Positions 23,243 through 32,449 of a stretch of DNA of 64,000 nt are shown here, one piece after another. A program made the position numbers and the translations under genes. Source of the DNA: Pirellulales bacterium. GTDB lineage: Bacteria > Planctomycetota > Planctomycetia > Pirellulales > PALSA-1355. Within the stretch, counting starts at the first letter, position 1, and each line of letters opens with the position of its first letter. Where the stretch lies: assembly GCA_963733035.1 (NCBI GenBank), contig CAVTBU010000005.1, forward strand, positions 1,760,001-1,824,000. Reading direction: 5' to 3'. The notes under the pieces are model-generated. The model saw nothing but the letters and a program-made list of their open reading frames with translations, was not told where the DNA came from and did no database searches.

Positions 23243-25663
23243 TCATTTGTTCCCCAGCGACTGTTCCAGTTCCACGATCCTGGCCATCGTCTTGATCGCC
23301 GCGTCCGGATTCAGCGAGATGCTGTCGATTCCCTCCCGTACCAGGAATTCGGCGAATTCCGGATAGTCGCTTGGCGCCTGGCCGCAGATGCCGATCTTCC
23401 GACCCGCCTTATGCGCCGCGGCGATCACGCTCGAAATCAAACGCTTCACCGCCAGGTTGCGTTCGTCGAACACGTGGGCGACGATTTCGGAATCGCGGTC
23501 CACCCCCAAGGTGAGTTGTGTCAGGTCGTTCGAGCCGATCGAAAAGCCGTCGAAAATCTCGGCAAACTCCTCGGCGCACACCACGTTGCTCGGAATCTCG
23601 CACATCACGTAGACTTCCAGCCCGTCTTTGCCCCTTACGAGCCCGTGCTGGGCCATGATGTCGAGCACCTGCTGTCCCTCCTTCACCGTGCGGCAGAAGG
23701 GGACCATGATTTTCATATTTACCAGGCCCATCGTTTCGCGCACTTTGCGCAGGGCCTGACATTCCAGACCAAAAGCATCGCGGAACCTCGGGTCGTAGTA
23801 GCGCAATGCGCCGCGAAAGCCAATCATCGGGTTTTCTTCCACCGGTTCGAATTGCCGGCCACCGACCAGATTGGCATATTCGTTGGTCTTGAAATCGCTC
23901 AGCCGCACGATCACATCCTTGGGATGGAACGCGGCCGCCAGCATGGCCACACCCTCGGCGAGCCGGTCGACGAAGAACTGCGGCTTGTCGGTATATCCGA
24001 CCGTCATGGCGTCGATTTGGGCCCTGACCGACTTGTCTTCAAGACGGTCGTACTCCAGCAATGCCGACGGATGAATCGCAATCGAGTTGGCGATGATGAA
24101 TTCGATCCGCGCCAGCCCTACTCCGTCGTTCGGCAGCATCGACAATCCAAACGCCTCATCGGGCTTTGCCACGTTGAGCATGATCTTGGTGCGCGGGCGG
24201 CCGAGATTGCTCAGTTGCACCTTGTCGACGGCAAAGTCGAGCTGCCCGTCATAGACGAAGCCCGTTTCCCCCTCGGCGCATGAGACGGTCACCGCCTGGC
24301 CGCTGCGTAGCACGTGCGTGCCGTTTTGCGTGCCCACCACGGCCGGCAAGCCGAGCTCGCGACTGACGATGGCCGCATGGCACGTGCGTCCGCCGCGATT
24401 GGTGACGATGGCCGCGGCCTTTTTCATGACCGGCTCCCAGTCCGGATCCGTCTTGTCGGTGACCAGCACCTCGCCTTGCTGAAAGGATCCCAGGTTCTGG
24501 GCGTCGGCAATCACCCGCGCGCGGCCCGTGCCGATCTTTTCACCCACGCTCTGGCCCGTGACCAAAACCGCGCCGCGAGTCTTCAGACGATACGTCTCCA
24601 AAACGTCACGCTTGCGAAGGGCCTGCACTGTTTCAGGCCGCGCCTGCACGATGAAGATCTCGCCGGTTACACCGTCCTTGGCCCATTCGATATCCATCGG
24701 GCAGTAGCGGCCGTGCAACTGGCTATAGTGGTCCTCGATCTGGCAGCCCCAGCGGGCCAGTTTCAAAACGTCGTCGTCGTCGAGCGACAGGCGGTTTCGA
24801 TCTCCCTCGGGTACGGGCACGGTTTTGACCATCTTGGTGCCGCCGTGTGCGAGGATCAGTTTGAATTCCTTGCTGCCGAGCTTTTTGTGCAGAAGGGGGC
24901 GAAAACCCGATTTAAGCGTGGGCTTGAAGACAACGAATTCGTCTGGATTGACCGAGCCCTGCACGATCGTCTCACCGAGCCCGTAGGACGACGCGATCAG
25001 CACGGCATCGCGAAAGCCCGATTCCGTGTCGATCGTGAACATGATGCCGGAGCTTGCCACGTCCGAGCGCACCATCAATTGCACGCCGACCGACAGGCCG
25101 ACCTGGAAATGGTCGAAACCCTTGTCGGCGCGATAGGAGATCGCGCGGTCGGTAAACAGCGAGGCAAAACAACGACGGCAAGTTTCCAGCAGGGCCGCAC
25201 TCCCGCGCACATTAAGATATGTTTCCTGTTGGCCGGCGAAGCTGGCATCGGGCAGGTCCTCGGCCGTGGCGCTGCTCCTCACGGCAACCGCCACATCGCT
25301 GCCATTTTCTTGCGACAACTGGGCGTAGGCTTCGAGAATCGCCTCCTGCAGATCGGCAGGGAAGGGGGTCTCGACCATGGCATGCCGAACTTTGGCGGCG
25401 CGCACACGCAGGTCGTCGACATTCTGCGTGTCGAGCCCCTCGAGAATTTGCCGGATCCGCCGGTCGAGCCCCTGTTGTGCGAGAAACCGGCGGTAGGCTT
25501 CGGCCGTAACGGCAAATCCGTTGGGAACCCGCACGCCCGCGTCGGCGAGTTGGCGGACCATTTCTCCAAGTGAAGCATTCTTGCCACCCACTGACGGAAT
25601 GTCAGCCAGCGTGAGGTCGGCAAACCAGCGGACGAGCGTGACTTTGGTTTCGGCAACGGACAT
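23243..25663 (-). CDS. ppsA: Phosphoenolpyruvate synthase
   Basis: VGGKNASLGEM, AVRSSATAEDLPDASFAGQQETYLNV, TNRGGRTCHAAIVSRE, EENPMIGFRGA, GFSIGSNDLTQL. Confidence 0.96.
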   Translation of the reverse strand: MSVAETKVTLVRWFADLTLADIPSVGGKNASLGEMVRQLADAGVRVPNGFAVTAEAYRRFLAQQGLDRRIRQILEGLDTQNVDDLRVRAAKVRHAMVETPFPADLQEAILEAYAQLSQENGSDVAVAVRSSATAEDLPDASFAGQQETYLNVRGSAALLETCRRCFASLFTDRAISYRADKGFDHFQVGLSVGVQLMVRSDVASSGIMFTIDTESGFRDAVLIASSYGLGETIVQGSVNPDEFVVFKPTLKSGFRPLLHKKLGSKEFKLILAHGGTKMVKTVPVPEGDRNRLSLDDDDVLKLARWGCQIEDHYSQLHGRYCPMDIEWAKDGVTGEIFIVQARPETVQALRKRDVLETYRLKTRGAVLVTGQSVGEKIGTGRARVIADAQNLGSFQQGEVLVTDKTDPDWEPVMKKAAAIVTNRGGRTCHAAIVSRELGLPAVVGTQNGTHVLRSGQAVTVSCAEGETGFVYDGQLDFAVDKVQLSNLGRPRTKIMLNVAKPDEAFGLSMLPNDGVGLARIEFIIANSIAIHPSALLEYDRLEDKSVRAQIDAMTVGYTDKPQFFVDRLAEGVAMLAAAFHPKDVIVRLSDFKTNEYANLVGGRQFEPVEENPMIGFRGALRYYDPRFRDAFGLECQALRKVRETMGLVNMKIMVPFCRTVKEGQQVLDIMAQHGLVRGKDGLEVYVMCEIPSNVVCAEEFAEIFDGFSIGSNDLTQLTLGVDRDSEIVAHVFDERNLAVKRLISSVIAAAHKAGRKIGICGQAPSDYPEFAEFLVREGIDSISLNPDAAIKTMARIVELEQSLGNK

Positions 25664-25708
25664 GATGTTCCCCTTTCTGATCGGCCGGCCATGGCCGGTG
25701 GAGCTTGG

Positions 25709-28396
25709 CTAGGAAAGTCGTTTGCTGGCCCTCAGCAGCGTCGGATCGTCGGCCGGTTCCAGGTCGAAACCGAAATGCCGAAACACATGCAACATGCCGG
25801 CATTGCTGCGGCCGGTAATACCGTAAACCTCTTGCACCTTTTGACGGTCCGCATGCTTGAGACAATATGCGGTGAGCAGCCGCCCGAGCCCCTTGCGCTG
25901 CCAGTGCTCGCCCACCAGCACGGCAAATTCGGCGCGTCGGGTGGCCGTCTCATTCACGAGCCGCGCCACGCCAAGCAGTTGTTTCTTGCCGTCGATGTCG
26001 GCTTCGGCCACGGCCGTCAATTCGCGGTCGTAGTCGACAAAGCAAAAGCGGATCGCCGCCTCGTGCGTTTCCGTCTTGAACATGTAGCGAAAGCGGTTCC
26101 AGAGCGTTTCGCTCGAACAACTGGCCAGCAACTGGTGCCACAGCGGTTCGTCCTCGGGCTTAATCGGGCGCAGCGTCACGGGCGTCCCGTCCTTGAGTTC
26201 ACCAGGTTCGGCGAGTTCGGCCGGATAGGGACGAATTGCCAAATGGGCATACGGTTGCGCTGCAGGATGTTCGACGGCCGCGCGATCGACGATGATCCGC
26301 GCGTCCAACGCAATTAATTGCTTGTCTCGCACCAGCACCGGATTGGCATCGAGTTCGGAGATCTCGGGAAAGTCGGACAGCAGCCGCGAGACACGCAGCA
26401 AGGATTCGACCAGGCAATCGACGTCGGCCACGGGTTTACGGCCGCGGTAGCCAACCAATAGTGGCCAGGCACGGAGCGATTGAAGCATATGCAGCGCGAG
26501 CCGTTCGTTCAGGGGCGGCAGTCCGAGCGCCCGATCCTGAAACAGCTCGGCCGCAATTCCCCCGACGCCGACCATCAACACCGGCCCAAACACGGGGTCC
26601 TTTTTGGCGCCGATAATCAGTTCGAGGCCTCCCGGGAGGCTGATCATCGGCTGCACGGAGATCCCTTGAATCTCGGCGTCAGGTCGAGCCTGAATCACAT
26701 TCGCGGTCATCTCGATATAGGCGGTTCGCACCTGGTCTTCATTGACCAGATTCAACGCCACGCCGCCCACGTCGGTCTTATGCGTGATTTGGGGCGAAAC
26801 GATTTTCAGCGCGACCGGAAAACCAATGGAACGCGCCAGCGACGCGGCTTCGTCGACCGAATGCCCCTCGCGAACGCCAGCCACGGCAATCCCATAAGCA
26901 CTGAGCAGCGACTTGGCTTCGGACTCGAACAGAGTATCGCGGCCGCGCTGAAACATGCCCTGCAGCCGCGCCCGAATCGCGGCCGGTTCTTCGGCCAACC
27001 CCAACGGCATCTCGCGCGGCGTCTCGTACAGCAGGTCGAGGTTCCGCGCATAGCGAACCAGGTGCATGAATGCCGACACTGCATCGCTGGGACTCTCCGC
27101 CGTCGGTAAACCCGCCTGGTTGAGGATGTCGACTCCTTCGCGGACCATCCCGCCTCCCATCCAGTTGGCCAGGATGGGCTTGTGCGTGTGGCGCGACGCC
27201 TTGACGACGCTGCGGGCCGTCTCGCTGGGATCGGTCATCGCTTGTGGAGTCAAGATGGCGAGCACCGCGTCGACGTTCGTATCGTTCGCCACCACTTCCA
27301 GGGCTCGTGAAAATCGTTCCGGCGTCGCGTCGCCCAGCACGTCGACCGGGTTCGCGTGCGACCACGCCGCCGGCAGGAATTGGTTCAACTGCTCTAGCGT
27401 GGCTTTGTCGAGCTCGGCCAGCTTGCCGTGGCGTGCCAGCAATGCGTCGCAGGCCATCACGCCCGGCCCACCGGCATTCGACACGATGCCCAATCGGTCA
27501 CCTTGCACGCGCGGCCCATGGGCCAAGAGTTGTGCGCACTCAAACAATTCGTCGACTTCAAAGACACGCACGATGCCCGCTCGCTCGAAGGCCGCCTCAT
27601 ACACGCTGTCGACGCCGGCCATCGCGCCCGTGTGAGATGCGGCGGCCTGCGCCGATTCGGCGAAGCGTCCGGCCTTGTAAGCAATGACCGGTTTCCGCCG
27701 GGCACAGGCTCGCGCTGCCGACATGAACGCCCGCGCGTTGTCGATCGATTCGATATACAGGATGATCGAATCGGTAGACGAGTCGTCGGCCAGGTAGTCG
27801 AGCAGATCGGCAATGCCCACGTCGATCGCATTGCCAATTGAAAGAAAATGCGAGAACCCAACGGACTGCTCGCCAGCCCAATCGAGCATGGCCGTGCAGA
27901 GGGCACCCGACTGCGAAAGGAACGCTAGCCGCCCCACGGCCGGCATCGAAGCCGCGAAGCTGGCATTGAGATGGTGCCCCGGCACAATCGCTCCAAGACA
28001 ATTCGGGCCGATCACGCGCATTTCGGGAAACCGCTCGAGCTCTGCTTGCAATGCCGCTTCGACCGAGCGCCCTGCTTCGCCGGTTTCACGAAAGCCGGCC
28101 GTGAGAATGATCAGTCCTCCCACTCCGGCCTCGCCACATTGGTGAACCAATTCCGGCACGGTCGCCGCCGGCGTGCAGAGGATCGCCAGGTCGACGGGCT
28201 CGGGCAGTGAGGCCACATCAGGATAAGCTCGAAGTCCTTGGACCTCCGAGCGCCGTGGATTAACGGGAAAGATTGGCCCTTCAAATCCGCCGCGGACCAG
28301 ATTTTCGAAGGTCACCGCGCCAACCTTGCCCGGCTGGCTGCTGGCTCCGATCACAGCCACGCTACGAGGGGCCAGGATTCTGCGGAGGTTTCCCAT
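25709..28396 (-). CDS. ADP-forming acyl-CoA synthetase (alpha+beta fused) with C-terminal GNAT domain (Pat/ACD family)
   Basis: PRSVAVIGAS, IGPNCLG, SQSGA, ASHTGA, SNAGGPG, NPVD, THKTDVGGV, ELDANP, then LRPIKPED...CFVDYDRE...WQRKGLG GNAT. Confidence 0.92.
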   Translation of the reverse strand: MGNLRRILAPRSVAVIGASSQPGKVGAVTFENLVRGGFEGPIFPVNPRRSEVQGLRAYPDVASLPEPVDLAILCTPAATVPELVHQCGEAGVGGLIILTAGFRETGEAGRSVEAALQAELERFPEMRVIGPNCLGAIVPGHHLNASFAASMPAVGRLAFLSQSGALCTAMLDWAGEQSVGFSHFLSIGNAIDVGIADLLDYLADDSSTDSIILYIESIDNARAFMSAARACARRKPVIAYKAGRFAESAQAAASHTGAMAGVDSVYEAAFERAGIVRVFEVDELFECAQLLAHGPRVQGDRLGIVSNAGGPGVMACDALLARHGKLAELDKATLEQLNQFLPAAWSHANPVDVLGDATPERFSRALEVVANDTNVDAVLAILTPQAMTDPSETARSVVKASRHTHKPILANWMGGGMVREGVDILNQAGLPTAESPSDAVSAFMHLVRYARNLDLLYETPREMPLGLAEEPAAIRARLQGMFQRGRDTLFESEAKSLLSAYGIAVAGVREGHSVDEAASLARSIGFPVALKIVSPQITHKTDVGGVALNLVNEDQVRTAYIEMTANVIQARPDAEIQGISVQPMISLPGGLELIIGAKKDPVFGPVLMVGVGGIAAELFQDRALGLPPLNERLALHMLQSLRAWPLLVGYRGRKPVADVDCLVESLLRVSRLLSDFPEISELDANPVLVRDKQLIALDARIIVDRAAVEHPAAQPYAHLAIRPYPAELAEPGELKDGTPVTLRPIKPEDEPLWHQLLASCSSETLWNRFRYMFKTETHEAAIRFCFVDYDRELTAVAEADIDGKKQLLGVARLVNETATRRAEFAVLVGEHWQRKGLGRLLTAYCLKHADRQKVQEVYGITGRSNAGMLHVFRHFGFDLEPADDPTLLRASKRLS

Positions 28397-28513
28397 GACG
28401 AAGGCGTTCCCTCTTTTCGAATGCGACAGGATCGCACGCACTGGGCGAATCGGCACACTCGTTTGTCTCGTTTGCGTGCCTGCAATGCTTTTTTCTCACG
28501 CATCACGGGTCTT

Positions 28514-28530
28514 TGCAACGCACGTGCCGC
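28514..28530 (-). promoter_or_regulatory. Sigma54 promoter for the acyl-CoA synthetase/ppsA operon
   Basis: Minus strand GCGGCACGTGCGTTGCA = GGCACG-N4-TTGCA, near consensus. Confidence 0.7.
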
Positions 28531-28706
28531 TGACGTGGTTTGGAGACAAGGTGCGCCGCAAGAAGACGGACTCGCTTCAGCGACCGACGATTTCGAACGG
28601 CCAAAACGGCGCGCCGAAAGTTGCACCATGGCACGCTTAGCAATCTTTGCAGATTCGATGAACTGTTCGCGGTCCCGATTTCTTGTTTGTGAATCGCTGG
28701 GCGCAT

Positions 28707-28730
28707 AAAAAAAACCGCCTTCTTGGCGGT
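28707..28730 (-). terminator. Intrinsic terminator of the orphan transcription unit
   Basis: Minus strand ACCGCC-AAGAA-GGCGGT followed by a run of 7 further T. Confidence 0.85.
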
Positions 28731-28969
28731 CCTCCCTCGTTCCTTGAGCCTCGTGGGCTGTGAAGCGCTTCTTACCCGATCGCAGGATGTGAACTGCCCC
28801 GACAGCGCTCACCACTTATTTTGCGAACCTCACTCTCGGCCGCGAGGCTCCCTTACTGCTTTTGCCTCACACATGATGTCGCACCTCCTTGTTAAACCAT
28901 TCATTTTTGGCCTTCCGGACGACACATTCCGATCGGGCCTTTCGCTGACTTCTCCACTCTCCTCTCTCC
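28707..28969 (-). ncRNA. Candidate sigma54-dependent GGA-rich small RNA (~260 nt), possibly also encoding a 14-24 aa peptide
   Basis: Bounded by a sigma54 motif (28980-28995) and a terminator; insulated from hsp20 by another hairpin; 10 GGA triplets; no long ORF. Confidence 0.5.
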
Positions 28970-28979
28970 ACCATTACTA

Positions 28980-28995
28980 CGCAAGTAATGGGCCA
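28980..28995 (-). promoter_or_regulatory. Sigma54 promoter overlapped by a perfect palindrome
   Basis: Minus strand TGGCCCATTACTTGCG (GG-N10-GC, TTGC); inverted repeat CCATTACT-N5-AGTAATGG at 28971-28991. Confidence 0.65.
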
Positions 28996-29018
28996 TTGGT
29001 TCGCCAAAAACGGTAGGG

Positions 29019-29074
29019 AAAAAACACCGGCCAGGGCGGATACATGGGCTACATCCCGCCCTGGCCATGTTTTT
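29019..29074 (-). terminator. Terminator downstream of hsp20 (possibly bidirectional)
   Basis: GGCCAGGGCGG / CCGCCCTGGCC stem flanked by AAAAAACA and TGTTTTT. Confidence 0.65.
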
Positions 29075-29083
29075 GGCGGCGGA

Positions 29084-29554
29084 TCAACTCTTGACCGTAA
29101 TCTTGCGGGCCTTGGCTTCTTCGGTCTTTGGCAGTTTAACGGTCAGCGTGCCGTTTTTGTACTGAGCGTCCACGGCCTCATCGTTCACTGGACAAGGAAG
29201 CGTCACCGTCCGCGAGAACGTTCCGCTACGCCGCTCAACGCGGTGGTAGGTTTTTCCCCGCTCCTCACGTTCTTCCTTGCGTTCGCCGCTAATGGTCAAC
29301 AGGTTGCCATTGACTTGAATCTCGAAGTCTTTGGCCTCCATGCCTGGGGAATCCATGCAAACCTCAATCGCACCATCGGTTTCGGCCACGTCCAGCGAAG
29401 GGGAAATCCGGTCGAGCGGCCACTCGGCATCGCTGCCGAAGGTCCGCGAAATCAGGTCTTGCATCTCTTCTCGCAGATGCTCGAGCGGGCGAGGTCCAAA
29501 CCAATTGCGCACACTCTTCGGTTCCTTCTTGCTCTTGGTCAACGTCGTACTCAT
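29084..29554 (-). CDS. Hsp20/alpha-crystallin small heat-shock protein
   Basis: PSLDVAET, PGM, LTISGERK, HRVERRSGTFSRTVTLP, AQYKNGTLTVKLPK; AAGGAG RBS before ATG 29554. Confidence 0.93.
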   Translation of the reverse strand: MSTTLTKSKKEPKSVRNWFGPRPLEHLREEMQDLISRTFGSDAEWPLDRISPSLDVAETDGAIEVCMDSPGMEAKDFEIQVNGNLLTISGERKEEREERGKTYHRVERRSGTFSRTVTLPCPVNDEAVDAQYKNGTLTVKLPKTEEAKARKITVKS

Positions 29555-29635
29555 CGCATCGCTCCTTTGCAATTGCTGGGTCCATGAATTGCGGCGCCCG
29601 GTTGGGTGATGTCTGAACTGCCACCCTGAAAGTTG

Positions 29636-29652
29636 AGCAAACAACATGCCGA
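29636..29652 (-). promoter_or_regulatory. Sigma54 promoter for hsp20
   Basis: Minus strand TCGGCATGTTGTTTGCT (GG-N10-GC, TTGCT), about 80 bp upstream of the start. Confidence 0.65.
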
Positions 29653-29921
29653 TTGCCGCCTGGGATGCCGTTACGGCCGCTACGATCATTGCAAGAAAGC
29701 GGACACGTTAATGCCTTGCAATGCGATGACAAACTGGCGTCACCAACCAAGTGTGCGGAATCGACCGCCCGTGCGCTTGTTTGGCACCCGCTTCTGCAAA
29801 CCGATATCGCGAAATCGTACGTAGCGGACGGCAAATTAACGCTAGTGATCACATTTTTGAGCGCGGCGGAATGTTTTGGTGCGCGACTTGCGTCACACCC
29901 GCCCTCAGGAGGGTTAACACC

Positions 29922-30389
29922 ATGACAACCTGGATTTTGGTGGCGGATGCCGGTCGAGCCAAGCTGTATTCGGCCGAGTTGCGTGCAGACAAGTGGTCTC
30001 TAATCAAGGAATTCGAACACCCCGAAGGACGGCAGACATCCAGCGAGATCAGTCCGTCGTCGCCGCCGGGTAGTTCCGAGCAAAGTCAGGGGCATGGCGC
30101 TCGCCATACGGCTTATGAGCCCCGTACGACACCCAAGAAGGCCGAAACGGATCGGTTTGCCCAGCATTTGGCAGATCACCTCGAAAAGGCGACTGCAAGC
30201 CGCGAATTCGACGCCTTGGTGCTCGTGGCCCCGCCGCGCTTCCTTGGCATGTTGCGCGGGGCTTTGGGTCAACAGGCCGCCAAGCAACTGCGCACGTCGG
30301 TTGATAAAGACCTGAGCATGTTTAGCGTCGAGGCGCTGCGCGAACACCTTACGGATGTGGTGTTTCCATCCACGTCGGCGGCTGGATGA
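29922..30389 (+). CDS. Host_attach-family (aeRF1-related) protein
   Basis: AGGAGG RBS; TWILVADAGRAKL, FAQHLADHL, LVLVAPPRFLGMLR, VDKDL. Confidence 0.85.
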   Translation: MTTWILVADAGRAKLYSAELRADKWSLIKEFEHPEGRQTSSEISPSSPPGSSEQSQGHGARHTAYEPRTTPKKAETDRFAQHLADHLEKATASREFDALVLVAPPRFLGMLRGALGQQAAKQLRTSVDKDLSMFSVEALREHLTDVVFPSTSAAG

Positions 30390-30434
30390 GCAGAAGCGCC
30401 TCATCGAAGCGCGAGGGAATGAAGGGCCCGGGCC

Positions 30435-32441
30435 ATGGTCACGTTTGCCGAGCAACGCCGCCAATTGGTCGAAATGCAAATCAAACGGCGGGGCGTTACA
30501 GACCCGGCGGTGCTCGCGGCCGTCGAGGCGGTTCCGCGGGAAGCATTTCTGCCACCCGAGTTGGCTGAGTTTGCTTATCTCGATCGAGCATTGCCGATCG
30601 AGAAAGGGCAAACCATTTCGCAGCCCTACATCGTGGCCCTGATGGCCGAAGCGTTGGAACTAAAACCGACGGACCGAGTACTGGAAATTGGCACCGGCAG
30701 CGGATACGCGGCGGCCGTGCTGGCAAAGATTGCCAGTGAGGTGTTTACAATCGAGCGGCACGGAGAACTGGCCGAACAGGCCGCGCGGCGGCTGCACGAA
30801 GAGAATTTTCAGAACGTGCACGTGCTCCATGCCGACGGCACGCTGGGATGGCCCGACGAGGCGCCCTTCGATGCGATCGTGGTTGCCGCCGGCGGACCGG
30901 AGGTGCCCAAACCGCTTTTGGAACAATTGGCCATTGGCGGGCGGCTGGTCATTCCCGTGGGTGCCGAACGGACGATGCAAAGTCTGATTCGGGTAGTCAG
31001 AGTCGGCGAAGACAACTACCAGCGTGAGGACCTCGGCGACGTTCGGTTCGTGCCGCTGGTCGGCGCCGGTGGTTGGGAGGAGGAGTCCGAAGCGGAACGG
31101 ATCGTCGCGCCCAAACCGCGGCGTAGCCCCGACAAAGTCGTCGAAGAGCTAATTCGTGAAGCGGCCGAGCCGCTGCATCAGATCGAAGGTGCCGACCTGG
31201 GTTCGATCGTCGAACGGGCCGAGAATAGCCGGCTGGTGCTGATCGGCGAAGCCACGCACGGCACGTCCGAGTTTTATCGAATGCGGGCCGAAATCACGAA
31301 GCAATTGATCACCCGTCGAGGTTTTCGCTTCGTGGCGATCGAAGCCGACTGGCCCGACGCCGCGCGGATCGACCAGTATGTGCGACGCCTACCGCCGGCC
31401 AACGGTCATCGCTGGGAAGCTTTTGCCCGTTTTCCCACCTGGATGTGGCGCAACCGCGAAGTGTGGGACTTTGTCGAGTGGCTTCGCGAGCACAATTCGT
31501 CCATTGAAAACCCCGCGGAGCGCGTCGCGTTCTACGGCCTCGATTTGTACAGCGTGTTCACCTCCATTCGGGCCGTGCTCGACTATCTCGACCGGGTCGA
31601 CCCGGACGCGGCGCGCATCGCCCGCTTGCGCTACGGCTGCCTGACGCCGTGGGAAGGCGATCCGGCCTTGTACGGCCGCATGGCGGTTGGCGGACGCTAT
31701 CGCGTCTGCGAAGACGAGGCCGTCGCCACGCTCACCGATTTGTTCAAACAACGCCTGAAGTACACCGAATACGACGGCGCGCGGTTTCTCGACGCGATGC
31801 AAAATGCCCGGCTGGTTGCTAATGCCGAGCGCTACTATCGGGTTATGTACTACGGTTCGAACGAATCCTGGAATCATCGCGATCAGCACATGTTCGACAC
31901 ATTGGAGTTGCTGTTGGGCTTTCACGGCACGGAGTCCAAGGCCGTGGTCTGGGAGCACAACTCGCATTTGGGTGACGCGGCTGCCACGGAAATGGGAGCC
32001 AGCGGGCAGACAAACGTCGGGCATTTGTGCCGAAGCCGATTTGGCAACGATGCCTACCTGATTGGGCAGGGCACCGACCATGGAACCGTGGCGGCGGCGT
32101 CCAATTGGGACGAGCCTGTCGAGTTTATGCAAGTTCGCGCGGGGCATCCCGGGAGTGTCGAGCAGTTGTTTCACGACTCACGAGTCGAGGCATTCTCGTT
32201 GCATCTTCGTGAACCTCGTCGACCGGCCGTCCGCGTCGAGATGGCCCAATCGCGACTCGAGCGCGCGATCGGCGTGATCTACCGTCCGCGCTCGGAGCTG
32301 GCGAGTCATTATTTTCATGCCTTGCTTTCGCATCAGTTCGACGAATTCATTTGGTTCGATCGCACCAAGGCAGTCACGCCCACTAGCAACGACGATGCGC
32401 GCCGTCTGCCGCCGGGCCATCCGTTCGCGCTCGATCGTTAA
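30435..32441 (+). CDS. pcm: Protein-L-isoaspartate O-methyltransferase fused to an erythromycin-esterase-family domain
   Basis: VPREAF, GQTISQPYIVA, VLEIGTGSGY, VRFVPLVG; then LIGEATHGTSEFY, EADWPDA, RFPTWMWRN, WNHRDQHM, WEHNSHLGDA, LERAIGVIYRP. Confidence 0.92.
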   Translation: MVTFAEQRRQLVEMQIKRRGVTDPAVLAAVEAVPREAFLPPELAEFAYLDRALPIEKGQTISQPYIVALMAEALELKPTDRVLEIGTGSGYAAAVLAKIASEVFTIERHGELAEQAARRLHEENFQNVHVLHADGTLGWPDEAPFDAIVVAAGGPEVPKPLLEQLAIGGRLVIPVGAERTMQSLIRVVRVGEDNYQREDLGDVRFVPLVGAGGWEEESEAERIVAPKPRRSPDKVVEELIREAAEPLHQIEGADLGSIVERAENSRLVLIGEATHGTSEFYRMRAEITKQLITRRGFRFVAIEADWPDAARIDQYVRRLPPANGHRWEAFARFPTWMWRNREVWDFVEWLREHNSSIENPAERVAFYGLDLYSVFTSIRAVLDYLDRVDPDAARIARLRYGCLTPWEGDPALYGRMAVGGRYRVCEDEAVATLTDLFKQRLKYTEYDGARFLDAMQNARLVANAERYYRVMYYGSNESWNHRDQHMFDTLELLLGFHGTESKAVVWEHNSHLGDAAATEMGASGQTNVGHLCRSRFGNDAYLIGQGTDHGTVAAASNWDEPVEFMQVRAGHPGSVEQLFHDSRVEAFSLHLREPRRPAVRVEMAQSRLERAIGVIYRPRSELASHYFHALLSHQFDEFIWFDRTKAVTPTSNDDARRLPPGHPFALDR

Positions 32442-32449
32442 GACGACAA

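Noticed and set aside
29781..29798. Sigma54 promoter for the Host_attach operon
   Set aside because: GG-GC spacing is 11 rather than the required 10; kept only as a near-match.
31130..32441. Macrolide resistance gene
   Set aside because: The esterase-family domain is fused to PIMT in a stress context; nothing indicates an ere-type resistance gene.
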